32,000 nucleotides of DNA from Ktedonobacterales bacterium (GCA_030167145.1 CP126532.1:2130001-2162000), one strand, 5' to 3'. Shown: positions 15,792-26,626, counted from the stretch's first letter. Numbers and translations are program-made. Notes: generated from the letters alone by a model not told the origin.

Positions 15792-16102
15792 TGCGGTGTG
15801 GTTCCTTTCTGGAGCGCGACCGTTGCCACCGGGGAAGGTGAGGTAGCACTCATGTTGTGGCGAACAAACTTCCGAGGGGCGCGAAACGTAAGTGTATTAG
15901 AGGGGATGTTAGGTCTGGACCTTACACCATCTCGAAAACCTACGCTTGTTCAGTACATACGATACGGGGAGACTTGGCGACAGGGAAAGCAGTCGAATTC
16001 GTTGAAGAAACGATATTGGATGATTGAAATAGGCTTCATACGTGTATGACGCGCATCACCTTATCCCATGGCAAACGCTACTTTCTTCCTCAGGGGCAGA
16101 CC

Positions 16103-16924
16103 ATGTCACACTACAAGGACCAGGATGTCACGCGAGAATCCACTGAACCACTGCTCGGCGCGCAAGAAGCCGCGCGTATACTGGGTGTGCATCGCTCGAC
16201 ATTGCATATCGCCATTCACAAGCAGTTGCTGATTCCTGACGCGCGCACGCAGGGTGGCCATGTACGCTTTCGCCGGGAGACGCTGGAGGCGTTTCGCGAG
16301 CAGGTGATGGGGCTGGCGGTAACGAGTCCGACCAGCGTGTTCGCGCCGATGGAGAGCCTCGCGGAGTTGGCGCATCTGCTTGCCGAGCGCCAGCCTGCCG
16401 AGGAGGTCGCCAGCGCCGCCATCCAGGGTATCACCCATGCGCTGCACGGCATTGACGGGTGTATCATCAGCGTGGTTGTGCCGGAGCCGCATGATCGTCT
16501 GGCGCTGCATGTGCTGGCGCGGTATGGTCTGCCAGAGAATGTGATCGCGCGATTCGAGCGGCTGCGTACGACCTATAAGTTCGCCACGACGGCGGCGTTG
16601 CGCACACTTGAGCCGCAAATCTGCGAGAATACGGCGACGGAGCCGCTGCATACGGGAACCGCCGAGATTCGCCGCATCTGGCAGTTGGGGGCGTATATCG
16701 CGCTGCCGCTGGTGAAGGATGGCGAGGCGTTGGGGGTGCTGTTGTGTGTCAGCCGCCACCCACGCGCGTTCAGTGAGCGCGAGCGCACGTTTCTGCGTGG
16801 AATCGCGGATATGCTCACCGTCGCGCTGGCGGTGAGAAGCTCGTGTCCCGCTGCGGGTGGTGTCGTACAGACGGTCGGCGGCTCCCGCGGCGCGATGAGA
16901 CGAGCTGAACCAAGTGGTGAGTGA
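16103..16924 (+). CDS. Excisionase/MerR-type HTH DNA-binding domain fused to a GAF-like sensor domain
   Basis: ORF 16046..16924; preferred start is ATG at 16103 (MSHYKDQD). HTH: AQEAARILGVHRSTLHIAIHKQLLIPDARTQGGHVRFRRETLEAF. C-terminal GAF-like features: ALPLVKDGEALGVLLCVSRHPRAFSERERTFLRGIADMLTVAL. Confidence 0.7.
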   Translation: MSHYKDQDVTRESTEPLLGAQEAARILGVHRSTLHIAIHKQLLIPDARTQGGHVRFRRETLEAFREQVMGLAVTSPTSVFAPMESLAELAHLLAERQPAEEVASAAIQGITHALHGIDGCIISVVVPEPHDRLALHVLARYGLPENVIARFERLRTTYKFATTAALRTLEPQICENTATEPLHTGTAEIRRIWQLGAYIALPLVKDGEALGVLLCVSRHPRAFSERERTFLRGIADMLTVALAVRSSCPAAGGVVQTVGGSRGAMRRAEPSGE

Positions 16925-16944
16925 GGAATATATGAGAGCGACAT

Positions 16945-18204
16945 ATGGCAGAAGCGCAGGCTAGTCGCCCTCCCGTCGTCGTCGTGGGCGGGGGCATCGC
17001 TGGGGCGAGCGCCGCCGAGACGCTGCGCCGCGAGGGATTCGATGGGCGCATCGTGGTGGTGGGCGACGAGCGGGCGCTACCGTATGAGCGGCCACCGCTG
17101 TCGAAAGAATTTCTGCTCGGGGCGATCCCGGAAGCGAAGGTGTTTTTGCGCGCGGCGGAGGAGTACGGAGCGCAGGACATTGAATTGCGGACGGGGACAC
17201 GTGCGACGCGGTTGGATGTGGCGCAGCGGCGGGTGGAATTGGCGGGAGGCGAGTCTATCGCCTACGACAGGCTGTTGCTGGCGACGGGCAGCGAGCCGGT
17301 ACGGCTGCATGTGCCGGGCGCGGATCTGCCCGGCATTCGCTATCTGCGGACGCTGGACGACGCGCGGGCGCTGGCGGCTGAGATTGCCAGCGCGCGGGCG
17401 AGCGGCGGGCGGGTGGTGGTGGTGGGCGCGGGCTTCATCGGCGCGGAGGTGGCGGCGGACTGCCGGATGCTGGGGCTGGATGTGACGTTGATCGAGGCGC
17501 TACCCGTGCCAATGCTACGCGCGCTGGGCGCGGAGATGGGGGGCGTCTTCGCGGAACTGCATCGCGCGCATGGGGTGGACCTGCGGTTGGGCGAGGGCGT
17601 GGCGGCGTTCCGGGGGGCGGGGCGTGTGGAAGAGGTGGTGACGACGAGCGGGGCGCGGCTCGGCTGCGCGTTCGCGGTGGTGGGGGTGGGGGTGCGTCCG
17701 GCGACGGAGTGGCTGCGCGATGCGGGGCTGACGCTGGAGAACGGCGTGGTGGTGGATTGCTTCTGTGCGACGACGGCGCCTGGGGTCTTCGCGGCGGGCG
17801 ATGTGGCGCGCTGGCCGTATATGATGGCGGACGCGACGGAGCCGGAGATGGTGCGGCTGGAGCATTGGGATAACGCGCTGCGGCAGGCTGAGGTGGCGGC
17901 GCGCAATATGCTGGGCCAGCAGACGCCGTTCGCGCCAACGCCGTATTTCTGGTCTGACCAGTACGACTGGAAGGCGCAGTATGTGGGCTACGCGCGGACA
18001 TGGGAGCGGGTGGTGGTACGCGGGAGGCCGGAGGATGGGGCGTTCATCGCGTTTTATTTGACGGGGGGGCGGATTTGTGCGGCGCTGGCGGTGAATCATG
18101 TGCGCGAACTCGTGCCGTTGAAAAAATTGATCGGCGCGGCGCTCGATCCGGCGCGGCTGGCTGATGCGGGTGAGGATCTGCGCGGGCTGAGCAGGCAGAG
18201 GTGA
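16945..18204 (+). CDS. FAD-dependent pyridine nucleotide-disulfide oxidoreductase (ferredoxin/rubredoxin reductase-like)
   Basis: VVVVGGGIAGASAAETLR (FAD GxGxxG), RIVVVGDERALPYERPPLSKEFL, VVVVGAGFIGAEVAA (NAD GxGxxG), AAGDVARWP. Architecture resembles putidaredoxin or rhodocoxin reductases. Confidence 0.85.
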   Translation: MAEAQASRPPVVVVGGGIAGASAAETLRREGFDGRIVVVGDERALPYERPPLSKEFLLGAIPEAKVFLRAAEEYGAQDIELRTGTRATRLDVAQRRVELAGGESIAYDRLLLATGSEPVRLHVPGADLPGIRYLRTLDDARALAAEIASARASGGRVVVVGAGFIGAEVAADCRMLGLDVTLIEALPVPMLRALGAEMGGVFAELHRAHGVDLRLGEGVAAFRGAGRVEEVVTTSGARLGCAFAVVGVGVRPATEWLRDAGLTLENGVVVDCFCATTAPGVFAAGDVARWPYMMADATEPEMVRLEHWDNALRQAEVAARNMLGQQTPFAPTPYFWSDQYDWKAQYVGYARTWERVVVRGRPEDGAFIAFYLTGGRICAALAVNHVRELVPLKKLIGAALDPARLADAGEDLRGLSRQR

Positions 18205-18520
18205 TGCGATCCACTTTTCGCACGGCCGCTTGATATTTTTTGGAGCATAGAGGACGGCGAGACGAAGAGCGAAGCGTGGTTGGTTTGCTTTGTTGGCACA
18301 TGTCGGCTCGCGGTATGCATGTGGCGGGCATCTCGTGGCAAGTGCGCAGCGGGTGGCAGTTGGGTGGTAACGCGGGTTTTCGGCCCGAAAGCCGCGGCTC
18401 ATCGCGTTTGGGCGCCTATTGCAACTATCCCAAGAACGTAGCGCATGTTGGTATCACTCGTGCCATCACAACCCTGCACAGGCGTCTATGTCGTCCTGTC
18501 GCCTTCTCGTTAGCGCGGAC

Positions 18521-18550
18521 TTGCATAATAACGAAAAATTCGTTATTATG
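18521..18550 (+). promoter_or_regulatory. Candidate promoter (TTGCAT-N17-TATTAT) overlaid by a perfect 27-bp palindrome (operator candidate)
   Basis: -35 TTGCAT at 18521-18526 and -10 TATTAT at 18544-18549. Palindrome CATAATAACGAA-aaa-TTCGTTATTATG at 18524-18550 has 12-bp perfect arms. The predicted transcription start falls at or next to the ATG at 18557. Confidence 0.55.
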
Positions 18551-18556
18551 TGTACC

Positions 18557-20083
<1,527 letters not shown>

Positions 20084-20106
20084 CGGGTAGAAGCGACTGA
20101 ACCTAA

Positions 20107-20131
20107 GGGCGGGTCTTGGACCCGCCCCTAG
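20107..20131. repeat. Hairpin GGGCGGGTC-ttg-GACCCGCCC followed by CTAG; possible terminator or REP-family member
   Basis: 9-bp perfect stem 24 nt after the ino1 stop. The GCCCCTA tail resembles hairpin types A and B. No U-tract. Confidence 0.5.
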
Positions 20132-20231
20132 GTGGTATGGTCAGATTTCTCTCTTGCCGCGTGGTATGCGGGTGCGATACCATCCACCGGTGCGTCGCGG
20201 GAAGGCGCGTTGCTGGAAAGGACGGGCAGAG

Positions 20232-20627
20232 ATGGACCGCCAGAATATTAGCTCAGGCGCGCCGTGGGAAGCTATCGTGGGGTATTCGCGAGCGGTGCGG
20301 GTGGGGCGCGTGGTGCAGGTGGCGGGGACGACGGCCACTGGCGCGGATGGCAAGGTGATGGGAGTGGGCGATCCCTATGCGCAAACGGTGCAGACGCTGC
20401 GGAATATCGAGGCGGCGCTGCGCGCGGCGGGCGCGGAGTTGGGGCATGTGGTGCGCACGCGCATGTATGTGACCGACATCGAGCAGTGGCAGGAGATCGG
20501 ACGCGCGCATGGTGAGTTCTTTCGCGAGATTCGCCCGGCGGCGACGATGGTGCAGGTGTCGCGGCTGATCGACCCGGCGATGCTGGTGGAAATCGAAGCC
20601 GAGGCGATTTTGCCAGAAGATAAGTGA
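20232..20627 (+). CDS. RidA/YjgF/UK114-family (Rid) protein
   Basis: ORF 20154..20627; preferred start is ATG at 20232 ([35 protein letters not shown]...). Also [34 protein letters not shown] and [10 protein letters not shown]. Confidence 0.8.
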   Translation: MDRQNISSGAPWEAIVGYSRAVRVGRVVQVAGTTATGADGKVMGVGDPYAQTVQTLRNIEAALRAAGAELGHVVRTRMYVTDIEQWQEIGRAHGEFFREIRPAATMVQVSRLIDPAMLVEIEAEAILPEDK

Positions 20628-20634
20628 TTTCGAT

Positions 20635-22011
20635 ATGCCTACCATGACCTACGCATTGATTGCTCATCCTACCGAGCCGCGCGTGCTGCTGTTGGCGGGC
20701 GCGGATGGTTGGGGTCCGCTGGCGCTGACGACGGACGAGGAGGGCGATGTGCGCGCGGCGATAGCCAGCGTGCGCGAGCAGTTGGCGGTGGAGACGACGG
20801 CGCTGCTGCGGTTTCCGATTGCATGGCAGCAGATACAACCCGGTGATGACGAGGGCGATCAGGTGGTGGCGCTGGAGCCGCATACGTGGGAGTGGCAGCC
20901 GCCCTCCCATGCGCGCTGGATTGACCGCGCGGAGCTGGTGGGGCTGGAACTGGCGCGGCCTGACCTGCGCTCGCCGCTGGAGGCGTGGCTGGCGAGCGTG
21001 GAGAGGGTGATGCCAGCGCAACGCGTCGCCTGGGCGCGGGTGGGCTGGTACGATGAGGCGGCGGCGTGGATGCGGGCGGAGGCTGAACGGCTGGGCACGC
21101 CGATCACTGGCGCTGTGGAACAGGTGAAGACGAGCTTCTGGGCGTGCATCCTGCGGGCAGAGACGGCGCATGGCGCGCTGTACTTCAAGGCGTCCGCGCC
21201 TGCCTTTGGGTATGAGACGGCGCTGACGGAGGCGCTTGCCGTGCGCTTCCCGGCCTATGTGCCGCCGGTGCTGGCCGCCGACCTGGACCGCCGCTGGCTG
21301 CTGCTGGCCGATGGCGGGGTGTCGCTGCGGCCAGCGGTGCGCGAGACACGCGATCCGTCGTTGATGGAGGCGGCGCTGCGCCGGTTCGCGGAGCTGCAAC
21401 GTGCGACCGCCGCGCAGACAGAGACGCTGCTGGCCACAGGCTGCCCGGATCGCCGCCTGGCGGCACTGCCTGCCCAGTTTGATGCGCTGGTGGCGGACCG
21501 CGATGCGCTGCTGCTGGGGTTGCCGGGCGGTGTCCCGGAGGCGGAGTACGTGCGGATGCGGGGGTTCGCGCCGGAGATGCGGGAGATGTGCGCGCGGCTG
21601 GCGGGCTATGGGATACCGGAGACGCTGCACCATGATGACTTCGGCGCGGGCAATGTGCTGGTGGGCGCGGATGACGTGTATCGCTTCTTCGACTGGGGCG
21701 AGAGCGCGGTCACGCATCCGTTTTGCTCGCTGATGATCGCGCTGCGCTGGGCGCGGTATCTGCTCGACTACGATGCGGCGACGCTCGACCGGCTGCGCGA
21801 CGCTTATCTGGCCGCATGGACGGAGCGCGCGCCGCTGGCCAAACTGCGCGAGGCGTTCGCGCTGGCGCACCGCGTGGGCTATCTGTGCCGCGCACTGACG
21901 TATTACGAGGCGACAGCGGGAATCGAGCCGCTGCTGCGGGGCGAATATGCGGATGCGCCGGGCTACTGGCTGCGGCTGTTCGTGAACGATGCGGAGCCGG
22001 ACGAGGAGTGA
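20635..22011 (+). CDS. Phosphotransferase-family (APH/choline-kinase-like) protein with an extra roughly 130-aa N-terminal domain
   Basis: Catalytic block LHHDDFGAGNVLVGADDVYRFFDWGESAVTHPF (HxDxxxxN ... D). The start is 7 nt after the RidA stop. The N-terminal domain is unassigned. Confidence 0.75.
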   Translation: MPTMTYALIAHPTEPRVLLLAGADGWGPLALTTDEEGDVRAAIASVREQLAVETTALLRFPIAWQQIQPGDDEGDQVVALEPHTWEWQPPSHARWIDRAELVGLELARPDLRSPLEAWLASVERVMPAQRVAWARVGWYDEAAAWMRAEAERLGTPITGAVEQVKTSFWACILRAETAHGALYFKASAPAFGYETALTEALAVRFPAYVPPVLAADLDRRWLLLADGGVSLRPAVRETRDPSLMEAALRRFAELQRATAAQTETLLATGCPDRRLAALPAQFDALVADRDALLLGLPGGVPEAEYVRMRGFAPEMREMCARLAGYGIPETLHHDDFGAGNVLVGADDVYRFFDWGESAVTHPFCSLMIALRWARYLLDYDAATLDRLRDAYLAAWTERAPLAKLREAFALAHRVGYLCRALTYYEATAGIEPLLRGEYADAPGYWLRLFVNDAEPDEE

Positions 22012-22017
22012 CGCGCG

Positions 22018-23244
22018 ATGGATACGCTCACCAGCATCAAAGATGCGCGCGTGGTAGAGGCGCGCGCACTGAGCAGCGCCAGCGGTCGCGCGCGGCTGGG
22101 CAGGTGCTTGCTCGAAGGCGCTGAGGCGCTGGCCTGGGCGCTCGACGCCGCGCTGCCGGTGGAACACGTCTTTCTCGCCACGAGATTCGACGATGCTACC
22201 GGGATACTGGCGCGTGTGACCGAACGGGGCATACCGTGTTTTCGGGTCTCGGATGGCGTCCTCAAGAAGATCACGGAGACAACGTACCTCGTGCCGCTGG
22301 TGGCTGTCGCGCGGCTCCCTGCACCAGCCACGCCGGGGGATACGATGGGCGATCTCGTGGTGGTGCTCGATCATGTAGTAGACTATGGCAATATCGGCAC
22401 GATTGTGCGCACGGCCAGCGCCTTTGGTGTGCGTGATCTCATGAGCACGACGCCTGACCCGGACCTCTATTATAAGAAGATTATCTCAGCCTCACGGGGA
22501 ACGGTTTTCGGTGCGCGGTTCACACGCTTTGCCAGCGGCACTGAGACCATTGAAAGCCTGAAGCGGCGCGGCTATCAGATCGTGGCCACCAGTTCGCATG
22601 CGCGCGACATTCAGGCGCTGGCGCGGCTCGCGCCTATGCCAGTGGCGCTGGTGGTGGGCAATGAGCGTGACGGTGTTTCGGATGAGATTTTGCGGCGCGC
22701 GGATATGGTGGTACAGATTCCGATGAGCGGGTCAGTCGAATCGCTAAATGTAGGTGTTGCGACGGGCATCAGCCTGTATGAAATGAAGATGCGGATGGTG
22801 TTCGCCATGTTGGTAGATTTGATACGCGCGAACTTCGGGCGCGAAGTGAATGTCACCGGTCGGATGATTCTCACGGCGTTCGATGCCGTGCTACGCAACG
22901 TCTCGAACCTGAATGGCACACAGGTTATTTTGCTGATGATGCTGAAGTGCGATGAGGCGATGACGCCAGCGCAGATCACACGGGAGACGGCTACGCTCGA
23001 AGATGAACTCGACGATTTGCTGGTGCCGCTGCTCGCTGGGCATTACATCATCCGCGAGGAGGAGGCAGATCGCGTGCGCTACCGGCTGGCGAGCGAAGGC
23101 GAACGCGCGCTGGCGGCGCTGTGGCCAGTGGTGGAGCGTGCCGAGCAGGAGGTGCTGGCGGGATTCGGCGATGAGGAGCGAACGCAACTCACCGGCTATC
23201 TGAAGCGCATTCAGGAGAACTGCACGCGGATGCTCGCGGAATAG
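22018..23244 (+). CDS. SpoU/TrmH-family RNA 2'-O-methyltransferase fused to a C-terminal MarR-type winged-helix domain
   Basis: SpoU motifs: LDHVVDYGNIGTIVRTASAFGV, LVVGNERDGVS, QIPMSGSVESLNVGVATGISLYE. C-terminal segment LNGTQVILLMMLKCDEAMTPAQITRETATLEDELDDLLVPLLAGHYIIRE...RYRLASEGERAL is MarR-like. GAGGAG RBS; 6-nt gap from the upstream gene. Confidence 0.8.
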   Translation: MDTLTSIKDARVVEARALSSASGRARLGRCLLEGAEALAWALDAALPVEHVFLATRFDDATGILARVTERGIPCFRVSDGVLKKITETTYLVPLVAVARLPAPATPGDTMGDLVVVLDHVVDYGNIGTIVRTASAFGVRDLMSTTPDPDLYYKKIISASRGTVFGARFTRFASGTETIESLKRRGYQIVATSSHARDIQALARLAPMPVALVVGNERDGVSDEILRRADMVVQIPMSGSVESLNVGVATGISLYEMKMRMVFAMLVDLIRANFGREVNVTGRMILTAFDAVLRNVSNLNGTQVILLMMLKCDEAMTPAQITRETATLEDELDDLLVPLLAGHYIIREEEADRVRYRLASEGERALAALWPVVERAEQEVLAGFGDEERTQLTGYLKRIQENCTRMLAE

Positions 23245-23525
23245 GGATGCTCGGCGCGCTGCCAGCGAACGTGGTTTTCGGGGCATGAGATGCTGTGCTG
23301 CTGAGAGGCTGGGGGGAGGATGAGGGCGGTAGTTCGGCAGAATGGCTGATGAGGCAGGCGCGGATTGGCGTGCTGTTTGCTGTTCTCAGGTGTATCTCAG
23401 GTGTGGCACAGACATGGCTCACAACCATGCGGCATGCTCAACCGTAGGAGGAGTGAAGGACGCGGCAATGGACCGCGCCGACCTCCATGCCGCGACTATC
23501 GCGGGTTCCTTGCGAGGTGGGGAAG

Positions 23526-23882
23526 ATGTTTGAGAATCTTGGGCGGGAGTTTTTTCGTGCGATACGTCAGGCAATCGGGCGTATCCTGCGCGGCTTTTTG
23601 ATTGGTCTGGTGCTGGGCGCACTGGCGGCGGAGGTCGCGGGGTATTTCATCGTGGGAGGGTGGCCGCCGCACACGTTCGTGAATATCGCGGCGATTGCCT
23701 TCGCCGTGGTGATGGGGTATGGTGTCGCGGTGACGACGGCGCTGGTGGAGGGCATTCGCGGGTTGATACGCGCCGCGTCGCAGATTGACGATGTGGCGAA
23801 AGCGGCGGCGAACACCGGCCTGAACGTGGTGGATGCGATGGTGGACGCGGTGGATGGCCCGAACCGCCACGGCATCCGCTAA
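23526..23882 (+). CDS. Small membrane protein (2 predicted TM segments), unknown function
   Basis: ORF 23487..23882; preferred start is ATG at 23526 (MFENLGREFF) after GAGGTGGGG. Hydrophobic segments: FLIGLVLGALAAEVAGYFIVGG and FVNIAAIAFAVVMGYGVAVTTAL. Confidence 0.6.
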   Translation: MFENLGREFFRAIRQAIGRILRGFLIGLVLGALAAEVAGYFIVGGWPPHTFVNIAAIAFAVVMGYGVAVTTALVEGIRGLIRAASQIDDVAKAAANTGLNVVDAMVDAVDGPNRHGIR

Positions 23883-24031
23883 GCCGGAGGATGAACTCGG
23901 CCATCAATGGCCGGAGCAGAGCAATGACGGCATGCATGCCGAGGGTATTCGCGGGCTGGCGTGTGTGGGGCAGCAGAGAACAGTGCGCCACAGTTGGTAG
24001 TGAAAGTGGTTACTGGGAGGTAATGGTTCGC

Positions 24032-24313
24032 ATGAAGTACACATTTCTCAGCAAGTGGACGGTTCTTATTCTGACTATCGGCACGTTTGGGCTGGCGTAT
24101 TTTGGCTTCTGGCTCTTCGGCCAGAATCAGGCGGGATACGGTGTGCTGTCGTTGCTGGTGGGCGGGCTGCTGTATGCGCTGGCGTGGCTGGTGGCGTTCT
24201 TCGATTCGATTCAGGAGCGCAAGATTGGCTGGATCATCGGCTTGCTGCTGCTGCTGCCGTTCGGGATCGGTCCGATTCTGTATAGCATCATCGGTCCGAG
24301 GAATACGCGCTAG
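24032..24313 (+). CDS. Small membrane protein with a PLD-nuclease-N-terminal-like (PLDc_N) motif
   Basis: ORF 23891..24313; preferred start is ATG at 24032 (MKYTFLSKWTVLILTIG...). LAWLVAFFDSIQERKIGWIIGLLLLLPFGIGPILYSIIG fits the PLDc_N pattern. Confidence 0.6.
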   Translation: MKYTFLSKWTVLILTIGTFGLAYFGFWLFGQNQAGYGVLSLLVGGLLYALAWLVAFFDSIQERKIGWIIGLLLLLPFGIGPILYSIIGPRNTR

Positions 24314-24523
24314 TCCAGCGCCAGCCCGCATGCGCGGCGCGTGGATATGTCATCATAGTCACCGCATTTGCTCCGGCAGGTGCGGTGATTTTGTGTCGTG
24401 CGCTCCCTCTTTTCTGGCCATCTTTTCCGATGGCGGGCACTCGTGTACAATGCGGACACGGCGAACGTGCGGCTCAAACTCCGCCGCATGCGAAGGGGAA
24501 AGAGGCTGAAGGGAGCGACGCAT

Positions 24524-26593
24524 ATGGCGATGGGGGACCGGGCTGACACTGCGACAACGGCGACGACGACCGCAGCCACAGGCTGGCTGACGCCCAGCGA
24601 GATGCGCACACTGGAAGCCATGTGCGAGGCGCTGCTGCCTGCGGCGCCGCCGCCGCCGGGCGAGGATGATCCGCATGGGCTGTACGCGCGGCCAGCGGGG
24701 GAACTGGGTATCGCGGCGCTGATGGCTGAGACACTGGCGGAGGAATCGCCGGAGCAGCGCGCGCAGTTCAAGAAGCTGCTGGGGCTGCTGAGTCATTCGC
24801 TGGTGGGGATGCTGCTGGCGGGGCGGCCACAGGGATTCGCGCAAATGTCGCTGGCCGCGCGGCAGGTGGCGCTGCGGAAGATGAGCACCAGTTCGATTGC
24901 GGATATGCGCCAGGGTTTCGAGGCAGTGAAGCGGCTGGCGGCGTTCTTGTTCTATGCGTACCCCGATGCGAGCGGCACGAATGCCAATTGGCCCGCGATT
25001 GGCTATACGCCCGCGCCGCCGCCACCCTCAGCCGAAATAGCGCCGAAACGTATTCGCACGCTGCCGATACACGATGACCTGACGCTAACGGCAGATGCGG
25101 TGATCGTCGGCTCTGGCGCGGGTGGTGGCGTGATGGCGGCGCAACTGAGCGCGGCGGGCAAGGATGTGGTGGTGATGGAGAAGGGCGGCTACTTCAATGA
25201 GGCAGACTTCAGCGGACGAGAAGCGCTGATGATGCCGGAACTGTACCTACGGCGGGGGCTGCTTTCGACGGATGACCTGGGGATGGTGGTGCTGGCGGGT
25301 TCGTGCCTGGGGGGTGGCACGCTGGTGAATTGGAGCACGTCGCTGCGGACACCTGCGGATGTGCTGGAAGAGTGGGAGCGGGAGCAGGGTTTCAGCGGCG
25401 TCACCGCGCCGGAGTATCAGCGCGGCTTCGAGTTCGCCGAGCGGCGGATGGGCGTGAATACGGATGATAGCGCGCCGAACCGCAACAATGCGGCGCTGCA
25501 GCGCGGCTGCGAGGCGCTGGGCTACTCGTGGCGGACGATCCCGCGCAATGCTTCGGACTGCCAGCAGCGGTGCGGCGCGTGCGGCTTTGGTTGCCCGTAT
25601 GGGCGCAAGCAATCTACATTGCTGACCTTCTTGCAAGACGCCCATGAGCAGGGGACGCGGGTGGTGGTGCGCTGCGATGTGCGGCGGGTGCTGATCGAGG
25701 CTGGGCGGGCGGTGGGTGTGGAGGGCTGGGCGCTGGACGAGGCGACGGGCGCGCGGCGCAAGGTGGTGGTGCGCGCGCCGGTGGTGGTGGTGGCGGCGGG
25801 CGCGGTGGAGTCGCCCGCGCTGCTGCTGCGCTCTGGTCTGACGAATCCAAACATTGGCCGCCATCTGCGGCTGCATCCGGTGAGCGCGCTGCTGGGCTTG
25901 TATGCTGAGGCGGTGGAAAGCTGGACGGGTTCGCTGCAAACGGTGCTCTCGGACCAGTTCGCGCGCATCCACGGTGGGTATGGCTTTCGCATCGAGGTGA
26001 TGCCTGCGCATCCGGGGCTGTATGGGCTGGCGACGGCCTGGGAAGATGGCCAGCAGCATAAGCGGGACATGAGCCGCATCGCGAATGCCGCCACCTACAT
26101 CGTGCTGACGCGCGATACGGGCGAGGGCAGTGTGACGCTGGATCGCCACGGGGAGCCGGTGTTGCGCTACTGGCCGAACGATACCGACCGGCGACACTTG
26201 ATACGTGGGATGCAGGAGACGGCGCGGATCATCTTCGCGGGCGGTGGTGTGGGCGCGCTGACGACGCATAAGCCGCGGTTGGCGCTGGAGAGCGAGGGCG
26301 GCAAGCCAGGGGCGGTAGAGCAGCAGCGGCTCAACCGATTCCTGGGGGAGATCGAGCGGCGAGGGATGGTGGCGAATCGGCTCGTCCTGGGGACGGCGCA
26401 CCAGATGGGGACGTGCCGCATCGGTGGCAGCGCGCGCACGGCGGTGGCCGCGCCGTCGGGCGAGGTCTACGGCGCGCGGGGGCTGTATATCGCCGATGCC
26501 AGCGGCTTCCCGACGGCGTCGGGGGTGAACCCGATGCTTTCGATCATGGCACTCTCGCATCACGTGGCGCAGCATATCCTGGCGCAAAGCTGA
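24524..26593 (+). CDS. GMC-family FAD oxidoreductase, long-chain alcohol oxidase-like architecture
   Basis: ORF 24398..26593; preferred start is ATG at 24524 after GGGAG. VIVGSGAGGGVMAAQLSAAGKDVVVMEKGG (FAD). C-terminal block GTAHQMGTCRIGG...LYIADASGFPTASGVNPMLSIMAL. Long N-terminal helical domain preceding the FAD fold. Confidence 0.85.
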   Translation: MAMGDRADTATTATTTAATGWLTPSEMRTLEAMCEALLPAAPPPPGEDDPHGLYARPAGELGIAALMAETLAEESPEQRAQFKKLLGLLSHSLVGMLLAGRPQGFAQMSLAARQVALRKMSTSSIADMRQGFEAVKRLAAFLFYAYPDASGTNANWPAIGYTPAPPPPSAEIAPKRIRTLPIHDDLTLTADAVIVGSGAGGGVMAAQLSAAGKDVVVMEKGGYFNEADFSGREALMMPELYLRRGLLSTDDLGMVVLAGSCLGGGTLVNWSTSLRTPADVLEEWEREQGFSGVTAPEYQRGFEFAERRMGVNTDDSAPNRNNAALQRGCEALGYSWRTIPRNASDCQQRCGACGFGCPYGRKQSTLLTFLQDAHEQGTRVVVRCDVRRVLIEAGRAVGVEGWALDEATGARRKVVVRAPVVVVAAGAVESPALLLRSGLTNPNIGRHLRLHPVSALLGLYAEAVESWTGSLQTVLSDQFARIHGGYGFRIEVMPAHPGLYGLATAWEDGQQHKRDMSRIANAATYIVLTRDTGEGSVTLDRHGEPVLRYWPNDTDRRHLIRGMQETARIIFAGGGVGALTTHKPRLALESEGGKPGAVEQQRLNRFLGEIERRGMVANRLVLGTAHQMGTCRIGGSARTAVAAPSGEVYGARGLYIADASGFPTASGVNPMLSIMALSHHVAQHILAQS

Positions 26594-26626
26594 GCTATGA
26601 CGGGCGTATCCTAAGATCAGTACGCA

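Noticed and set aside
18419-18556. Upstream extension of the MIPS ORF (MQLSQERSACWYHSCHH...)
   Set aside because: It has Cys/His-rich, odd composition. It would place the palindrome and the promoter-like TTGCAT-N17-TATTAT inside the coding sequence, and it has no RBS. The ATG at 18557 is preferred, with 18548 as an alternative.
20132-20231. Imperfect inverted repeat GGTGGTATGG...ATACCATCCACC upstream of the RidA gene, considered as a riboswitch or operator
   Set aside because: The arms are offset and imperfect, and I recognise no riboswitch consensus. Evidence is insufficient.
20272-22374. 700-aa ORF on the minus strand
   Set aside because: It is antisense to the RidA and phosphotransferase genes. 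The product is Arg/Pro/His/Gln-rich nonsense typical of shadow ORFs in GC-rich DNA, whereas the plus-strand genes carry clear catalytic motifs.
23468-23533. 21-codon upstream ORF (MDRADLHAATIAGSLRGGEDV) whose stop overlaps the ATG of the membrane-protein gene
   Set aside because: The only SD-like sequence (AGGAGGAG) is about 14 nt from its ATG, the ORF is very short, and conservation cannot be assessed. It could be chance.
25247-26587. 446-aa ORF antisense to the GMC oxidoreductase
   Set aside because: Arg/His/Pro-rich shadow ORF. The plus strand carries FAD-binding and GMC C-terminal motifs.
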